Below are positions 60,933 to 64,000 of a DNA stretch of 64,000 nucleotides, in pieces (the stretch's first letter is position 1; every line of letters starts with the position of its first letter). The translations under genes were made by a program, and so were the position numbers. The notes under the pieces are model-generated. The model had not been told where the DNA came from. It saw only the letters and a program-made list of their open reading frames with translations, and searched no databases. The DNA comes from an uncultured Gammaproteobacteria bacterium (GTDB lineage Bacteria > Patescibacteriota > Patescibacteriia > UBA9934): NCBI GenBank assembly GCA_964552565.1, contig CAZKGL010000001.1, positions 371,061 to 435,060 of the forward strand, read 5' to 3'.

Positions 60933-61262
60933 TTACCCCTGCGTACGCAGCGCATGTCGCCGACGGAACGAGCTGTAGGCGATTGCGCGGACAAGCGTCG
61001 TAATGATGTGCGCAACGACCGCGTAGAGCACCAATGCGAAGACCGTCGCGAATTCGAGGACATAGCCTTGCTCGAGGGCGAGCGAGGGAAACACGTCTGC
61101 GAACGGCGCGACGAGCGGCCAGGAGACTGCGTAGATGGCCTGCACGACGGCGTTTGCCTCGTTTGCTCCGAACAACTTGAGGACGATGCGGAGCCCCAAA
61201 AGCGCCGCGACAAGCGTGATGATGAAGTCGATAACCGCCGTGGTGGCGCGATAAACCGTCAT
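60933..61262 (-). CDS. YggT-family membrane protein
   Basis: ~110 aa with two TM helices. The start was taken at the internal ATG. Confidence 0.5.
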   Translation of the reverse strand: MTVYRATTAVIDFIITLVAALLGLRIVLKLFGANEANAVVQAIYAVSWPLVAPFADVFPSLALEQGYVLEFATVFALVLYAVVAHIITTLVRAIAYSSFRRRHALRTQG

Positions 61263-61574
61263 AGGGGTGGATAAAGAGATAACAGCGCACTGTACCCGTG
61301 TTATCATTTCTTGCAAGGGGCGCACTGGTGAGTTGTCGCGATTCTGTTTACAAAACTTCAGACCGGATTTCTGAGCGTATTTAAAAGCCGTAGATAGTAT
61401 ATTTATCTACACTCAGCTAAATAATTTTATACCGTCCATTCATAGTTTACAGACTATTGACGAGCTTAACAGTATTTTGTAAGTTTCGCCTGGACCTCGT
61501 TCCCCATCGCCCTGTTTCTAGAGCTCGACGATGCTACCGAGGCCGGTTTTAGTCTTAAGCTCTTCAGTGAACTA

Positions 61575-61718
61575 TGATGTTCAACGATGAGATGATGCTC
61601 ATGGATGAGCATGAGATGATTCCGGCGATGCCGTCGATGCGATCGACGATGTCCGGAATGGAAGCAACGATGGAGGGATGCGGAATGGGCACAGGCAGCG
61701 CGGATCGCATGATCTAAG
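61575..61718 (+). CDS. Methionine-rich 48-aa small ORF
   Basis: Hand-translated MMFNDEMMLMDEHEMIPAMPSMRSTMSGMEATMEGCGMGTGSADRMI. Preceded by an AT-rich promoter-like region and followed by a terminator hairpin. Confidence 0.35.
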
Positions 61719-61747
61719 CTCCCCCTGCGGCCTCTTCCGGGGCCAAT

Positions 61748-61779
61748 GAAAAGGACCGCACTTGAAGCGGTCCTTTTCA
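61748..61779. terminator. Bidirectional terminator (gaaaaggaccgcacttgaagcggtccttttc)
   Basis: Perfect 10-bp stem flanked by A/T tracts. Confidence 0.75.
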
Positions 61780-61828
61780 TTTGTGGCGAATTCCTTGCTA
61801 TACTGAAGCATCGTTTTTTTTCGCCCGT

Positions 61829-62725
61829 ATGCTCTGGTTCCCGGTCCCGAAAACCCGTCTCGTGGTGCAGAACACCCCGCTGCCTGATGGCTACAAGTCC
61901 TACCTTTCCCACCCGGCGTACATCGCCCGCGAGGCGGGGACGCAAAAAGGCTTCCAGCTCGTTGGAACGGATGCGTGTCCAGGCGTCGCGTGGAAGTACG
62001 GCCCCATGCGCTTTGAGCGCTATGTCGGCGACATCGAACCCGCGTACGACGCCGACGGGCCGCTGCGGCTGGTCACGTGGCAGTGCGTCAACCGGAACGA
62101 TGTCCCGCCCGGCTGGAAGCACACGCGCATGGTCATGACGACGAGCAGGACGGGTTTTGCGGTCGTCGACGGCGCCCAGGATTACCACAAACGCTGGTCA
62201 TCCCATGCCCAGCGGCACCGCAAGGCCTGGCTGAAGGAATCCCTAGGCTGGGAAATTGTCCCCATCACGGTTGACGAGTACATCGCCGCCTACAAGCGAT
62301 CCAAACAAGACGCGTTCCTCAAGTTCCTCTTCTCCAACCTGCTCCGCGAAAAGGTCCGCGGCCATGGCGCGCTCGTTACCATCGTCGGCGCACGCCGCAC
62401 CGCGCCGCACGCCCCGACCGAAGCGGGGTTCGCGTTCGTGAACGTCCCCGAAACGCATCAGTCCATCCACCTCATGTCGTTCCACGGCGAGGCGGCGAAA
62501 GCGCACCACGTCGGCGTCGGGCTTATGGATTACTGGTTTCAGTACGCCGCCGGACACGACATCCGCTTCCTTGAGTTCGGAAACTTTTGGACGCCGGGCG
62601 AACCGACCTCCTGGAAAGGGTTCACGCGCTTCAAAGCCCAGTTTGGCCTCCAGTTTACCGACTACCCGGGTCCGCTCGCCCGCTGGATGGGGCGTATCAA
62701 AAACCCGTTCGTCAGGCAACGATGA
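61829..62725 (+). CDS. FemAB/GNAT-fold-like protein (tentative)
   Basis: ~300 aa with no TM segments. The family was guessed from its length and composition only. Confidence 0.35.
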   Translation: MLWFPVPKTRLVVQNTPLPDGYKSYLSHPAYIAREAGTQKGFQLVGTDACPGVAWKYGPMRFERYVGDIEPAYDADGPLRLVTWQCVNRNDVPPGWKHTRMVMTTSRTGFAVVDGAQDYHKRWSSHAQRHRKAWLKESLGWEIVPITVDEYIAAYKRSKQDAFLKFLFSNLLREKVRGHGALVTIVGARRTAPHAPTEAGFAFVNVPETHQSIHLMSFHGEAAKAHHVGVGLMDYWFQYAAGHDIRFLEFGNFWTPGEPTSWKGFTRFKAQFGLQFTDYPGPLARWMGRIKNPFVRQR

Positions 62726-62927
62726 CAAGGACCAGCACGAGGACGAGCGCCCAAAAGAAGGCGAAAAGCGCCAGGAAGAACTCGTCTTTTGCGAAATCTT
62801 TGAAGTCGTGCAGGTTCATAGCTCCGCATCGTACCGCCTTCCCGCGCCGCCGTCATGCTGGACGGGGCGTCTTCCTTGACGGAACCGCGAAAATCGGCCA
62901 TACTTCGCGGGAATTTATTTATTGTTT

Positions 62928-64000
<1,073 letters not shown>

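Overview
This is a high-GC (~65%) bacterial chromosome segment. The core housekeeping set (LysRS, GreA, PBP2-MreDCB, UvrD-family helicase, a full F1Fo ATP synthase operon atpIBEFHAGDC, TatD, MetRS, RsmI, peroxiredoxin, leucyl aminopeptidase, Csp, TypA) is interrupted by a ~17-18 kb low-GC island at about 41.4/42.6-59.5 kb. Coordinates were indexed by hand and may be off by 1-2 nt.

Island structure and contents:
- Flanked by a helix-turn-helix excisionase-like gene on the left and a large serine recombinase (LSR) on the right.
- A translationally coupled cytoplasmic operon: Cys-rich small protein, FAD disulfide reductase, glutaredoxin, CX5R dual-specificity phosphatase.
- A divergent Crp-family regulator.
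- A ten-gene extracytoplasmic thiol-disulfide operon: TlpA-like thioredoxin, CcdA/DsbD, CPHC thioredoxin-like protein, a membrane protein with vicinal Cys reminiscent of MerT, a DsbA-like protein, DoxX, a CxxC protein, and an FAD oxidoreductase.
- A 1206-aa TPR-array protein with a restriction-endonuclease-like N-terminus.

Right edge of the island:
- The LSR gene terminates antisense inside the 3' exon of a tRNA gene.
- That tRNA gene appears split by a ~545-bp intervening sequence carrying an HNH endonuclease ORF with an in-frame TAA.
- This looks like a group-I-intron-like arrangement, with a good sigma70 promoter upstream of the 5' exon.

Other points in the core region:
- A bacterial SET-domain protein beside a PEBP (phosphatidylethanolamine-binding-protein-family) gene.
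- Two GreA paralogs.
- Paralogous vWA lipoproteins.
- A shared hairpin repeat after each of two small acidic ORFs.
- Palindromic operator-like sites.
- A Met-rich 48-aa ORF behind an AT-rich promoter region.

Many long ORFs on the opposite strand in the six-frame track are high-GC artefacts. No CRISPR array or rRNA was seen.
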